Assembly (NCBI GenBank): GCA_029953675.1
Contig: JAMWBK010000001.1
Span: forward strand, 2,046,001-2,110,000
Direction: 5' to 3'
From: Rhodosorus marinus CCMP1338
Taxonomy: Eukaryota > Plantae > Rhodophyta
DNA: 64,000 nucleotides
The notes beneath the pieces were generated by a model. That model saw nothing but the letters and a program-made list of their open reading frames with translations. It had not been told where the DNA came from and searched no databases. Below are positions 1-13,416 of the stretch, piece by piece. The stretch's first letter is position 1. Every line of letters begins with the position of its first letter. The position numbers were made by a program, and so were the translations under genes.

Positions 1-2576
1 AAAGTATTCAGATAATCCGGTGTTCTCTATGAGTTCAATCGAAATTACTTTGAATTGAAGGCAGTAAATCGTCGAGTTGTATAATGGTAGAATTTTCATT
101 GCTACCGCCCGCGACGTATAGATCTCTGATAGCGCTGTTTGGAGAAGAAAAGATGCGCCTTTTTGATCAGGAAAACGGGGGCTTAGGACCGTCTAGCAGA
201 AGAAAAAAAAAGAGACATATAGAACTTGCTCGGTCTTATGGAAGTTCCCCCGCGGCAACCAACCAATGCCAGTTGCTCCAGGGGAAGCTGCGGGAGTGGG
301 GTACCTCGGGAACGGCGGACTATGGAAGCGTTTTCAGTTCAGATATTCCTGAGCAGGTATTCATACAATGTTGAAAATTGTTTGCAGTGGGGCCGGGACT
401 TTTCCTGTTCATGAGGCCGCCCAGCACTGCACAGATACTGTGTAGGGAGATGATGGCAGAATACGCTTCGCGGCTAATGTAAAAAATCAGTGGACAAAGC
501 TCAGTTGTCACTATCCAGAGGACGCTCAGTTTTTTCCTAGTGGTAGAGAGCGTCATTCAAGTGGTCGAATGCTAAGTTCCGTTGCACTAATAAGTTCATG
601 TCGCGAGACATTGTTCGGGGTGAAACTCGCTGTGTTGAGCCTGCTTCCAGTTTACCTGGAACCCTGGGAACACCTTCCGCGTGATTCGCTTCATGGGAAT
701 AGACCTCATGTACATCTCCAGACATGACTGGCCCAACCCCTATACCACATACCGCATCTTCCGTTTCTAGGTCGTAGAAGAGCTTGAACCCTCTGAAAGG
801 TGAGGTCCGCCAGAGCAACCAGTTGACACCGGTGTGGATGGTCTGTAGAATGGCCATGGGAAGGTTGAAAGAGAGCTTTCCTGACCGCCTCAAGCTCATC
901 CGCCTCTGGAATCGCGTAGAACACGGACGGGAGGAATGGTCATTCCAGCAGATCAGTCGACCTTCCCGACAATCGTTCAGAAGCCAAGGAAACTACATGC
1001 ACAGAGCCCGCCGTGGCTCCTGGTGCACTGCGGGTGTCGAGCTCTGTGATCAATCCCGGCGAGAAATGGCCGGACGAGTCCATGAAACCCATTCTTCCGT
1101 GTTGCGCAAAAACGTCAGCAAGCAACAAACGAAAAAAAAAAAAAAAGGAGACATGAAGCGCACTCCCAAACCTTCATTTTAATATCCACTTTTCAAGTTT
1201 TTTCACTTCGAATACCCGATTTCCGCTTACAGAGTTGAACGAGCACCATATCCCCATTTACGTCTTCAAGAAGAAAAATATGAAATGAGGATTTCCCTTC
1301 CCACGGGAATATTTCCAGCTTTTCCGTCTTAGATTTACGTTTACAAAAAATTACATCACGAAAACGAAAATCCCCCACGACGTTCCGACCAAAAACGTAA
1401 GAAAAATTGATTTCTAAGCGTTTAATACCGTTTGTTTCATCATAAAAACAATATCAATACCAATCGCGGAACAGTGTCACGTAAATCTCCGAACAAAAAT
1501 TTACGCAAAAAGGGGTTAAACCCTCCCAAAATCCAGGTTTTTTTTGCATGGAATTCTTGTGCCCTAGGCGAGCCTTTCCAGTTTTTCTTCAGTATTTACG
1601 TTTCCGTACTTCAGGACCATAAATTTTTTTTTTCTGGTTGTTTTCCATAGCTGAACATAGGTACTGCGCGGGGCAGTTCGTAGCGAAAGAACCTCTAAAA
1701 TTCGTTCAGGAATGAGGGTTTTATGACTTCAAAACAAATTATTGTCGATTGGTGGACGGTGGGAATCATTATTGCTCTCCGAGAGGTCCGACGAGGGGAG
1801 AGGCGCCTCTTATTATATAACCTCATCGCCTACCGTTTGTTGTTGCACTGCTAGCGACTAGTAATCACACCCTTCGGCGTCTGAAAATATTAGATATTTT
1901 TGGCAGCGTTTTGACGAGTATTGACTCAACGGGTGATTGCCCTACACTCCGTTTTTAGGGTTTTTCTTTGATTTTCTTGACGTTTCTTTTTACGGTTTTT
2001 GTGTGGGTGGGGTCCCCGGGGTGTGGGGGGGTTGGTGGTGCTCTTTGTTTGTTTACTTCGGTGCCTATGTAATATATTATATACGGGTGAACATGCAAGC
2101 CGTACTACATGGAGGCAAAAAGAGGTTGTTTTTTTTTGTTCTAACCTCTACTGGCTTCAGTAGTGGAGGTCGATTTCGTGCTCCGGTATTCAGAGGAGTG
2201 TGATGTGACTCCCGTGGAGCTATTGTAGTTGCGGACGTGCACAGAACACCGGCAGATTCTCACCATGGCTTCAGAAGCGCCTGCCTCATGTGAGTGCTCG
2301 AGGGAGAAACAAGCGTGCGTTGCAGCGGCGAGTCATCGCTGTAATGTTGACACAGAAATTATTCATTTTTATTGAGGGTCTTGGGGATGAGTGTCCATGA
2401 GGCGAGATATTTAAACGCCATCATTAGTTGGCCATTGTGGCACCCGAAGAGCCCTTTCAAAACTCGGTTAGCAACTAAGGGGTGTGTCAAACTTAGCTCC
2501 ACTAGTCGTTTCCCTTCACCTTTGAACATCAGGCTGTGAAGGTTACTGGACTGCGCTGCTCCGTGGACATTTATAG

Positions 2577-3662
2577 TTAGCGACCTCCGCGATGCATGTT
2601 GCCGTCCATGCGGTGATCTTGAGGACCACGGCCTCCCATGCCCATGCCTTGCACGACTCCGCCGTTCATCATTCCTAATCCACCGCCAATTCCACCTCCT
2701 AACGAAGACATTCCCCCGATGCCGGTCATGCTGTTCATCTGATGGGGGTAGCCATAACCGTGCTGAGCCGGCACTCCATTCATGCCAACCATTTGGTGCG
2801 CACCAGCAGCTCCGTTTCCGCCCATTCCGGCCATGCCATAGGGTCCTCCGGCCATCATACCGGCATTCATACCTCCCGCACTGGCCATTCCTATAGGTCC
2901 ACCAAACCCTTGGGTCATTCATTGAAGTGGTACAACTCTCACGTCATTCGATTGCTGCCAAAAATTGGCCTTTTGATAGAACATACCTTTCTGCTGTGCT
3001 GCCTGAGCCTTGTTCATCACGATCTTGTTGAACTTCTCCGTAATCTTTAACCGGAACACGTGGCCGCATCCCTTGCAGGTTGACGTCGCTGCGGGATTCT
3101 CAAGGCGGCAAGCGGGGCAAATCTGAAAGTCACAAGAGGCAAATACAACTACGTAAGCCTTTGCTAACGATTAGCATCCGTAGCATCACTTCAACTGTAC
3201 CTTCTTTCCACGCTTCCCAGAGCGTGCCCCCTTTTGCTTCTTCTCGCGGAAAGTCTTCGAGCAATGCAAGCATTTGGACAATGCTGCAGGGATCTGATGC
3301 GAGCACTCCGGACAAGTCTAAAAGAAAAACACACCAAAAGCAGAGCGTAAGAAAACGTGGTCACCTTGAGTGACGGTTGTAGGCCAGCTCTTCCTTACCC
3401 TCAACACCTTCGTTCCCGGAGTTCTGCCGCGCTTTGCGGTGCCGTGGGCATTGACTCCACCCTGGTTGATCCCCATTTGATGTGACATCCTCATCTGGTG
3501 CTGATCACCAGCCATGCCCAATCCGCCGTGCACGCCCATATCCTCAGGCGCGACTGCTTGTCGTCCCCTTCTGCCCGTCATCTCATACATGTTCTGCATA
3601 GTATTGTTTCCGTAAGGAGGCATTCCTTCAACTGGCCTAGGGTTGTCTCGTCTCTTTCCCAC
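2577..3662 (-). CDS. Gly/Met/Asn-rich low-complexity protein with two tandem double-CxxC zinc ribbons (UPF0547/C16orf87-like); 4 exons, ~279 aa
   Basis: Exons 3662-3408, 3317-3201, 3122-2987 and 2908-2577 join in frame through GT-AG introns of 90, 78 and 78 bp. The spliced protein contains KTCPECSHQIPAALSKCLHCSKTF and KICPACRLENPAATSTCKGCGHVF, flanked by G/M-rich segments. The family assignment comes from motif recall only. Confidence 0.8.
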
Positions 3663-6600
3663 TTTTCACAAGCTTGCTCAATTGTCGATTTCCGAAGAAC
3701 CCTTACCTTTAAATCCCTTTATCCCTCACGGAGCCGAAAGGAAAATTTTCAACCAACTTTTTTTTTTTTTTGGACCCCGCACAGCTCGTCCATCCCGAAA
3801 AAAGCACTAAAGACGTTCGATATGAAACCTATTACTATTAAAAACTCGATCCCCACAAGAACACCCCCTTTTTCAGCTTCCTCTGGGGCGAAAGCGGGCA
3901 GTCCTCGAGACCTACCCCCATTCCCAACCCCTTTCATTCATCCTGTTGTAAAACAAAAATAAAATCACTCAATCTCTATCGTACCGTGTGCGTAACCCCT
4001 TGGGCGCCAAACATGATCAATCGATGTTTAAAAAATTCCGTTGCTAAACAGTACAAGACATCTCAACCCGTTGATAAAAATATTTACCAATGGAGATGTT
4101 CTCAGTACCCCTTCAAATGCTATTGTTTCAGAGCTTCTGAGCTTCGTCAATCAGAAATCACCCCCTGAAAATTTTATCACCTTTCCGGTTAGTATCGTCA
4201 AGGGGGGAAGCCTCGTATGAACTCTATAGTAAGACCCGAAACGACCCCCCGGCAAAAAGTTATCGATCAGAAAGGATTTTTCTCTTGGGGGGGGGTATTT
4301 CTCGAACTTTGAAAGAATCTTCTACGTCATCAAATTTTTTTAGGAGAATCTGTCTTTCGGTGTGTCGTTGTTCCTTCTTTGTTCTTTCGTTCGAATATTT
4401 TTGGGGTGGAAGCTTCTTTGAAATTTTCTACTTTTCTTCAAGATCCAGAAGGCGATTCTGTGGCTAATACTAGAATTTTTTGGCGCCGCCTACAAAATTC
4501 AAAAAAAATCAGCTCGCTCAGCATTTGCCATGGAGTGCTGCTTGTGCTTCCGCATGTAAATGATTCTGTGATCAGAGGGGAGGGGCAAAAATGAAGAATT
4601 CGGATCCTTCTGAGATTACCCTAATTAATGGGATTCCGCCAAATTATCTGAGTGTCGGTTACCCTTTGAAAAACCCAATACTTTAAACACGTCCCAACAA
4701 AAAATTTGTTACCCCTAAAAAGAAATTTCAAGCCGCGATGACATGATTGGATATCCCATCGTTACATCCACATGTTTTTCGTCGTCTAAAGAATTTTTTG
4801 TCAAAAACTATTGGGAATTATAGAGTTCGTCCTTGAAGTTCTTCGAAATAAAGATAAAAATATCCTGTTGTCCAAGCCCTCCCCCCCTCGAGAGCCAACG
4901 TTCAGACATCTTTTAGGCCTTGACACCCTCCGGGAATTTGAAGAAAAAATATTCTTTGCCAGACCCCGGTTGTACGAGGTTCTAAATCACCCATAGAAGA
5001 GGAGCAAAAGCAATATAGTGCTTAGTACCCAACCCCCCCACACCATGTGCGACAGCCAACATTGAGAAAAGCGACAAAAAATATAGCCAAATATTATAAT
5101 AGTTACTAACTAATGAACCGTTGAAGAATTCCATCAAGGCCCCCTCAACGGAACCGATCTTAGACCTCCTCTACCAAAACAATTGTACAAAGGTATAGGG
5201 GTTAAATTTTGTTGTTGTGAAACACGTATTGGAGGGTACGCCTGGGGTGGCGGGAGAAGGTTAAAAATATTTGAAAATTCTTTACATGCTTGGAATCAAA
5301 ACAAATATGTTTTCTTCTTTTTTTCAGGACGTATTGATCCGGTTTTTGGGTTCTTCACGTGTTAAAATCCAATCCGGCCTCTTTTTCACACGGAAAAAGG
5401 GGTTGGAGAGACTGAATTGGTACAGATACGGGACGACAAGGAACAACCTTCCGCGCCGATCCTCCACTGCACAATATTTACATATCCAATAAAAATATCG
5501 AAGTTTACAAATAAACCTAAAATTGTAGACAGAGAGGTCTTAACGTACCCCTAAAATCATGGGGTATCCAACCAATAAACAGAAGAAAGGCGATGTCAAA
5601 ACTTCATTGGGTAATCCAATCTTCTCCATTTGTTGATAGTCTTTGTCCAATGATCGGACGAGATACGGGCATGGAGCGAACGGATTGGATGTATCCGCAC
5701 GGAATCGGTCCAATTTTGGTGAGATTGCTGCTGTCTCCCTGGAGACGCTAGATATTCTTTCGTGAAACTCAGATGGATCAGCGGCTGTGGCCTCTTTTTA
5801 CATTTGCTTTTTGCGGTTCCTGAAAAGTTTCAAAATTGATTTGGAGTCTGTTAGCAAATAAGAAGACCGTAACGTTTCGAATAGTGGAAGTAAAAATCTG
5901 AGAAGGGAAGGGAAGTTTCCATTTTATGAAATCTGACGCAACCGGTCATAAGAAAATTTGAAGATTAAAGTTTGAAAAGAAAGGCGCGCCGTAGTTTACA
6001 CGTAAAAACGAAAAGGGGGACTCTTCCCTACCCTAATTTCCGCGTACGAATCCAAAAACTACTCGCGGAAAGAAGAATTAATATAAATATGCTTATTCTA
6101 AGGTTCTTATGACGGTGTAGGCTCTTTTGGGGAAAAAAATTCAAACGAAATATGACGCCAGGCCCTAAATGAAAAATAAACAGGAAAAGTAATTAAATTC
6201 GAGTCGAAAAATCTTTATTTTCTCAGGAAGAAAAATGTTTTGTTATCCGTCGAATCTGATCGGCAAGGGCTTCCGAGCTGGAGCCAGAAAACCGAAGAAA
6301 TATGGAGACAAGAAAATAATAATAAACACACACACTCCCCCACACGCGCGAAACAAAAAAAATTTGGCGAAGAAAAATTCCCTGTGTGTGAAAATATTTT
6401 TCGTTTACTGATAGACGAAACGCACCATGCCTGCAATATAATATCTATCTTTGGAGAAAACAATTCACCGATCTCAACGGTTCCAGGTCAGCTCAGAGCG
6501 AAATCCATGAAAAAGAAAAGAATTTCTTCCATCAACTTTGTCTACGGGTTAGATTAAGATCACCATGGATCAATTTGACTTCTATTTTATAGCCCAGAAG

Positions 6601-8457
6601 AATACATTGTTCACACAAAATCCCGGTTACCCCTCTCTCCTCTTTGTACGCAAACGCAAAGTTTTGTTCAATACTTCAAGCAAAAAAATACAAAATCCTT
6701 GACGTTTTATTTTTTAGATGAGAGTGTTTTCGCGCATATACCACGCTTACCTGAGTTTACCAGCTGCTTGCATGAGGAGGATTCAGTGGGATTGGGCACC
6801 GGAGTGGAGGGGGGGGGGGGTTGGGTGAAGGGCGGCCTCCATATCGAGTTTTAGACCAGATCTATTTGATGGATTTATGGGTCTATAGCTCGATTAGGGT
6901 ACTGTTCAGGTCTAAACGAATCTTTCCCACGCTCGAAACCCTTCCCCCGTCTCCCCCCCCTTCCCTCTACCTCACTTAGTACTCCCAGATGTCATAGTAG
7001 CTTGTACTAGTCCACCCATTGGTCCCCAGGCGTGCCATGTAAAAAAATACCATATTTCTAAATATTGCACAAACAGAATCTGATTGGCTTAAGTTGAGGA
7101 CAGCGTGTCGACAAATTTGACCCTTTCGATATTAGTATCGCATACTGCTGTGTACTATATCCGAATGTATCGAGATCAAATCAGCTTATTCGGATCAGAC
7201 AGGTTGACACTCTGTCCAAGACTATTTGGACGTTTGTGAAGAAAGTCAGCTGATCTGGCGAGGAAGGAGAGTTATCGTTTTTGTTCCTTTCGATGTTAGT
7301 TGCAGTTCCGCGAACGGAGGAGCTTGATGCGAGGCCAGACGACCCCGCCAACGTACTTTGCATTCTCTAGAGCGCCCACATTGCGCTGCTAGAAATCCGG
7401 TAACCTGAGCAAAGGCGAAACTAGCGTAAACCCCGAGCATTGAAGCCCGCAAAGCACGGGCTTCAGGAAACAATGTACGATTACGACCAAAGCAAACAAC
7501 TTCGTTGTTCCGTGACGCTTAGCACCCCCCCCCTTAGCCTAGGATTCTCTCCTCAGCGGATTAAACCTGTGACAAACCTATACTATTAAGCACTCCTAAT
7601 GATACTGAGTAACCGAATGGGCTCAGTACTAGTTGTTGAACTCTTGATCTAGGGGTGTGTCCCTGGCCAAGAATCCGTCGAAGTCGAAGATCCCCAGCAG
7701 TTCGATTAATAAACCTCGTCTAGAACTTGGTGTCCTAGTCTCGAATTCGAAAGATTTAAAATTCTCGGTGCCACAGTATCGACCAGATGAGGTGACGACA
7801 GGCTCTAGTCTGGTGATTGCCGGTATTGACTGGTCCATTTTTTTCCTTCCTGATCAAACTACGCTTCTCCTCCAAGGGTCACCGGAGGAAGTGTGATTGG
7901 ACAAGTTGAGCGTTTGAAAGCGGATTGAAATCACTGCCGGGACTGGTTGCGCGGTGCGTGCCATGTGCTGACTATGAGCGGAATGAGGCAGACGCCATTC
8001 TAGCCAACTCCCCGACCAAATTGAGGTTCAAACGCACAAAAGAGCAGAAATACAGACTTGAGAACGAGTAGATCTTCAAACTCGCACCTCTTCACAAAGT
8101 CATCGACTCCAACGAACAAGAAAAGCCCCAGACGTTACGGTAACGCCTACGCTAGGATGCGAAAAAGCAAAGAACGTTGAGAGAAGCGCTGGCAAAACAT
8201 AGCTCATGACCTTGAAGTCTTCGAGGTTTTCGTTAGCTGATAGTTAAAAACAAGGTTGATCCAGCTTCGGGAGGTGCGGCTTTGGCTTGGAGACACCTTC
8301 CTCGTGTTAGCAGCATTAGGTGTATGAGTGCCGCATGCCCGTCTCTTCTTCACTCCAGCCCTACAGCACGCATGCTCGATTCGTGCGTCACCGTAAATAC
8401 ACTTCCAGTCTCTGAGATCTTAAGACTTTGGGAAAATACCTATACCTTTTGTAGGAA

Positions 8458-8695
8458 AACCCTAATCGATGGAGTTTGCAGCACTCATACAGCCACTTTT
8501 GCGAACAGGTTATGAGCTCAGCTCGTGTATGAGCTGCGGATCGTATTGGTGTACGTGGATGGCCCATCTTCTGTAACCCTAATCGATGGAGTTTGCAGCA
8601 CTCATACAGCCACTTTTGTGAACAGGTTATGAGTCAGCTCGTGTATGAGCTGCGGATTGTATTGGTGTACGTGGGTAGCTCATCTTCTGTATCCC
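8458..8695. repeat. Tandem duplication, ~117-bp unit x2
   Basis: aaccctaatcgatggagtttgcagcactcatacagcc...catcttctgta occurs at ~8458 and ~8575 with a few substitutions. Confidence 0.9.
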
Positions 8696-9749
8696 TCAAG
8701 AGCCTTCTACTGCGGGGTATTTAATGAATGCGTGCTGGATCAATCGATCCTGCATTTACCCGAAGGTCTACATCTCCAGGGGAGCATTCGAAACTGCAGG
8801 TTTGGTGCCCATCTGCTAGCACCCTGAACGTCCTTTGCCGAGTTCATTTCCGGAGTTGCCACCTTCAACGCTGCTTGTGCTGTTTCCTGCCCCCCGGCTG
8901 CCAGAAGAGTTTTATCTGCAAGGCCAAGGGGAGGAGGGGGAGTGGTTGGGCAAGTTCATTCCGACATGAAGCACACCTTTCTGTGCGAGCTATGTACACT
9001 AACCTCCACCAAGTGTACCCTTGTCAGAATGGCCAGCAACTCTCGATGATGAACACGCCCAAAAACATATGCAATAAATACCCTATTTAAAACATCCCAC
9101 GAAAAGACCAAAAAACACACAAGCTCAATCCAAATTAATCCAATCATTTCTGAGAAAGAACTTTTCTAACCAATTAAACATACTTATATCGCAACCCGGG
9201 CACAATCCTTTGTTATTTTTACAAAATACTTTACAAAAATACATCTAAGATCACTATTAAAAGAATATAAACCACTAAACCAATCATGAGTTATAACGTA
9301 GATTAAAATTGATTGCTACTCGACTTATTCATATTATTATTAAAAACCAAATTGTTTTTTTGATATATCTAAGCTTTAGTGGACATCATTGGTTGAGGTC
9401 CGAGATCCGAGCTGAGGATAAGGAAGTTTTTGATCGGATTTGATGTTTGTTTTTCTGGTTTTCCTTTTTTTTTGGAGAGGATTTGCTTGAGGTTGGTTGA
9501 GAAGCTTTCTTGTCGATCGGGTAGGTTTGTTGAAGAAGGGATGGGGTTGTGGATCTCTTGTTTAAGTATTTGAGAGGTATTCATCGTCTCGGGGAGGTTA
9601 AGAGGTGAGCCGAGCTCGTTTTAACCTGTGCAGATGGTTTGTCTCTGAACTGGGTGGTTGTTGCTGTTCTTTTTGTGGTTTTTTTTTTGTGGGGGGGGGG
9701 AGGAGGGGTTAAGATCTGAGGATTATCCTGGTGTTTTTTTGGGCAAAGG

Positions 9750-10927
9750 ATGGACGCTGGGTTTGTGTTACAGACGACAGGGTTTGTTGGGCGTCTGAGC
9801 ACGAAGAATGCCGCTGTCGATAGGAGTGGTAGAACGTCGGGACGACAGAGGACGGGTTTGAGAGCTTCAGGTGATGGGTGGATGGATAGTTTGTCTTATG
9901 GTTGTCGATTGCTGTTTGTTGACTGAAAATGCTGCCTTTTTTTGTTTGATAGTTGAGGGCACTTTCGAGGAGATTAAGACTCGCGCGGAGCACGATATTC
10001 AGCTTGTGTGGAAAGGTACAGCAGCCTTGGCTATTGCTGGGGCTCTTGCTCTTGGTGGAAGTCACTCGGCGATCGCAGATGTCCCGGATAGTATCCCCAA
10101 TACGTTCTTCCTGGACGATGCTGGCGTTGTACAGAAAGCTAATGGGGGTTACGTAGAAAAGGTAAGTCTTTGATGAGCCCAACCTTGTTCAAGTGTGAAG
10201 GTCTGAGATACTCTATCCGTTGCGATTTTTTAGGCCCTGAAAAAGCTCGAGGAAACCACCGGATTCAAGGTTCATTTCGTTATCACGCGCTATCTTCCTA
10301 CCCTGCAAGACCCCACAGAGTACGCTGAAGAAGTTTTCCAGCAGTGGAAGTGCGGAGCGAACGATGTTGTCATTGTGGCCGGCTCGAAAATTGCCAAAGC
10401 TGGTAAGCTTGATAGATATCCCCTCACGCCGCAATTGTCACGTCTGCGGTGCAGGAGAATGCTCACTAGAAAGTTAACCGAGTTACGTTGCGAATGTTTT
10501 TGTTTCTTTTAGGTGTGTATGCTGGATCTGATGCGGGCAAGCTCTTATCGAAGCAGATTGCGGCGTCCATCGGCACCGAAACGTTCCCGTTCAAAGCTAG
10601 AGAAGAGGCTTTCAGTCTCGCTGCCAATGACGTATCGAATCGAATTGTCGCCGTCTTGAGCGGTAAGGAAGATCCAGGCGCACCGCAGGTATGCACACGT
10701 AAACAAGGTCCACCTCCTCCAACGAGCTCCGCATTCTTAGATTACGGGTTTCTCCTACTCCCAACTTGAATTGTTAGATTGTTCGAGAGAGTGGGGACGG
10801 CACTTTCAAGACAAGAGATGAGACCGAAAAGGGCAAGAAGAAGTACACTACGGTCGTTGTTGCGCTGCTCGTCGCTTCCTTCGTTATCCCAATGGTTCAG
10901 TATTATTGGTACGTTAAGGACGATTAA
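9750..10927 (+). CDS. psb32: Thylakoid lumen TPM-domain protein Psb32/TLP18.3 (PSII repair); 5 exons
   Basis: Transit peptide MDAGFV..., hydrophobic lumenal signal ending SAIA, FLDDAGVV, EYAEEVFQQW, RIVAVLSGKEDPGAP, and C-terminal TM KYTTVVVALLVASFVIPMVQYYWY match the plant TLP18.3 layout. Four GT-AG introns restore the frame. Confidence 0.9.
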
Positions 10928-12117
10928 GAAGAAAACCGTGTGCCCTTTGCGACTTGTGGGGATGCTCAATTAAAAAGGCAACAAGAAGACATGCGAACAA
11001 CGAAGCATGAAAACCACCCTCCCATAAGGTTGTGAACCACCTGGCCTATTCGAAACGCACCCCGGAAACCCAAGTTAAGAAGGTTTAGATGGTCGTCATC
11101 CTCCTAGAGTCGGGTGCAACCCACTAGGCGGGTCCCTAGTCAGGCTTTAAGCGTTCGCTGAGTGTGTTCATGAGCACTAGAAGGAATGCTAATGAGCAAG
11201 CTCTGTCAAATGCTCACATCCATCTCGTGGTGAAGAGCAAAGGACGTATGGTTAGCCACCTGAGCTCGCGTTCAACTAGAAGCAGTTCAGGGTGACCTTC
11301 ACATCTGACGCGATTGTGTTCCCCAAATATAGCGCAAGCCGTTGCTGCAGCTTCTCACGCACTGGGCCAAAGGACGTGACGGAGCCCACTGTTATTTTCT
11401 GCTCGATGACAGAAATTCAGGGCCACAACGAAAGCCAATGGTACCATGGTTCTCCTACCAGTGACCATCGCCGAGCGACTGTAACTGTTACCTAGCACCG
11501 TTTTCAGTATCAACACGTTGGCAAGAATAAAGACAGCCAATGTTGTCATCGTAACAGTGGCCATCAATCAGCCAATGTTACTAAAACCGGTGGTCCAGGA
11601 GACAAGACCAGACGTTACCAACGGGGTAGCTGGCCATTGCCAGTCGACATAGCTACAGATCTATGATCACTTAGAAGGCTTTGGGACGGATCTCTCGACC
11701 CGTCTGGACCGAGGCAAGGGTGGGTCTTCTCTACAGGACCTGATACACAGCTGAAAGACATACGACCTACCCCATCCGAAACCCTCCAAAGCCGTTGTCC
11801 TGAGCAACTACGTCCAGTGCAACGTGAATGACTGGGAGTGCGGGTACTAGCGCTGTTTAAGCGGCAAATATTTGGGACTGTACTGACGTTTTCCAAAGTA
11901 AAGCCCACCTTCTCTACAACCTGATTAGGAACTCAAACGTGAAGATCTACATCGTAACAACTCCTCAGCAGCGATTCATATGGACCGTATGTTGAAAGTA
12001 GTGGGAGTGAACGGGGTTCACATCAGCCATACCCGTTTTGATGGGGAAGGCGATGCCGATCTGTCGTAGGTTGGCCTTGTTTTTCGGCATGCGATCTTGA
12101 TCTGTAAGAAAATAGGA

Positions 12118-13221
12118 ATGGATAAGAGAGCTTTCGTGTCGTCCTGCAGCAATGGGAGTACTGGTCGCCATCGGGCTGCCGTCCAGAGAAGACGGCCTAG
12201 GGTAACCCGCGTGGATATGGACATTGCCGTTTTGCTTTCGGGAGGGGGTCGATCGCTTGAGAACGTACTGCAGAAGATCGAGAGTGGTGAGTACATCTTA
12301 CCGCGATTACGTTCTTCCAGTTGAACTAAGATTGAATGGTTCTGACCTAATCTTGCGCACCTCGTAATACCGTAGGGGATTTGGCAGGCGTAAACGTGAA
12401 ATGCGTCCTGGTAGGTGCCGACATTGACTCTATCTGAGCTAGCAACTCTTTTGATACCTCTAAGTATTCTCGGACCGAAAGACTGACCAGTACGACCCCA
12501 TCCGTGACTAGGCGAGCAAGAAAAGCGCCGGGGGACTTGGCAAAGCAGAAAGCCGTGGCATTCCGACTCGCGTATTAACTCCCAAGGAATTCGATACAGA
12601 AGAAGAGTTCAGCGATGCGATTACGTCCTCTCTGGTACTTTGAACTAGCTCATCTCATTCAGATCCGTTTTGGCGGGGTGCGTGTTGTATTGACCACTCG
12701 ACATGTCGTTCATGTCGTTCACGAACAAAAAAGGATGAATTCGGCGTCGATCTTGCAGTTCTAGCTGGATGGATGCACTTTTACAGGATTCCAGATCACT
12801 ATCTTGGTAAGGTCGTGAACATTCATCCGTCGTTGATCCCCGCGTTCTGTGGCAAAGGTTACTACGGTGAAAGAGTTCACCGAGCAGTGGTGAGTTGTCT
12901 GCAATGGACGGAGAGCTCTGGGCACATGGGCTGATCGAAAACTGTTTGGCTCTTTGAAAAAAATGATTCCAATAGCTTGATTTTGGAGCTAAAATCACTG
13001 GATGCACTGTCCATTTCGCGGACAACGAGTACGATCACGGGCCGATCATTCTACAGCGATCGGTTCCGGTGGAGGAAGACGACGACGATGAATCTCTGGC
13101 GGCACGAGTTTTTGAGAGCGAGAAGTTGGCTCTGCCAGACGCACTTAGGCTGCTCGCAGAGGATAGGGTTATCATTGATGGGAGAAGAGTGAAGATCGGC
13201 CCACCTTCAACTCCGCCTTAG
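12118..13221 (+). CDS. purN: Phosphoribosylglycinamide formyltransferase (GAR transformylase), probably plastid-targeted; 5 exons
   Basis: Spliced motifs IAVLLSGGGRSL, ASKKSAGGL..A...GIPT, DLAVLAGWMHF, NIHPSLIP, GAKITGCTVHFADNEYDHGPII. N-terminal extension MDKRAFVSS resembles a transit peptide. Introns start at 12287, 12411, ~12635 and ~12890. Confidence 0.95.
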
Positions 13222-13316
13222 TTCTCAAAAGCGTTCACTACAGTGGTTAAACGTTGTACTAACTGGAGGCAGGCAATACGCCGCAGGAGAGCACAGATGC
13301 TTGTCTTTTGAACAAG

Positions 13317-13416
13317 GCGACGCCAGTCCCTGTTGGCCTCTTCTCGTCTTGTCTTTCCTTTCTGAAGCGACGCCAGTCCCTGTTGGCCTCTTCTCGTCTT
13401 GTCTTTCCTTTCTGAA
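13317..13416. repeat. Perfect 50-bp tandem duplication
   Basis: gcgacgccagtccctgttggcctcttctcgtcttgtctttcctttctgaa x2. Confidence 0.95.

Noticed and set aside
537-1128. Minus-strand ORFs with possible splice signals
   Set aside because: I could not build a consistent spliced model or recognise a family.
5580-5900. Minus-strand segment faintly like a pogo/Tc1 transposase linker
   Set aside because: No recognisable DDE/D motifs or terminal repeats; too weak to call.
7095-7130. Minus-strand KGQICRHAV, like a SWIM zinc finger of Mutator transposases
   Set aside because: The upstream CxC is absent, the frame has stops, and no DDE domain or TIRs were found.
8670-8695. Minus-strand GATACAGAAGATGAGC resembling U6 snRNA
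   Set aside because: Lacks the invariant ACAGAGA box and the flanking U6 sequence; chance similarity within a tandem duplication.
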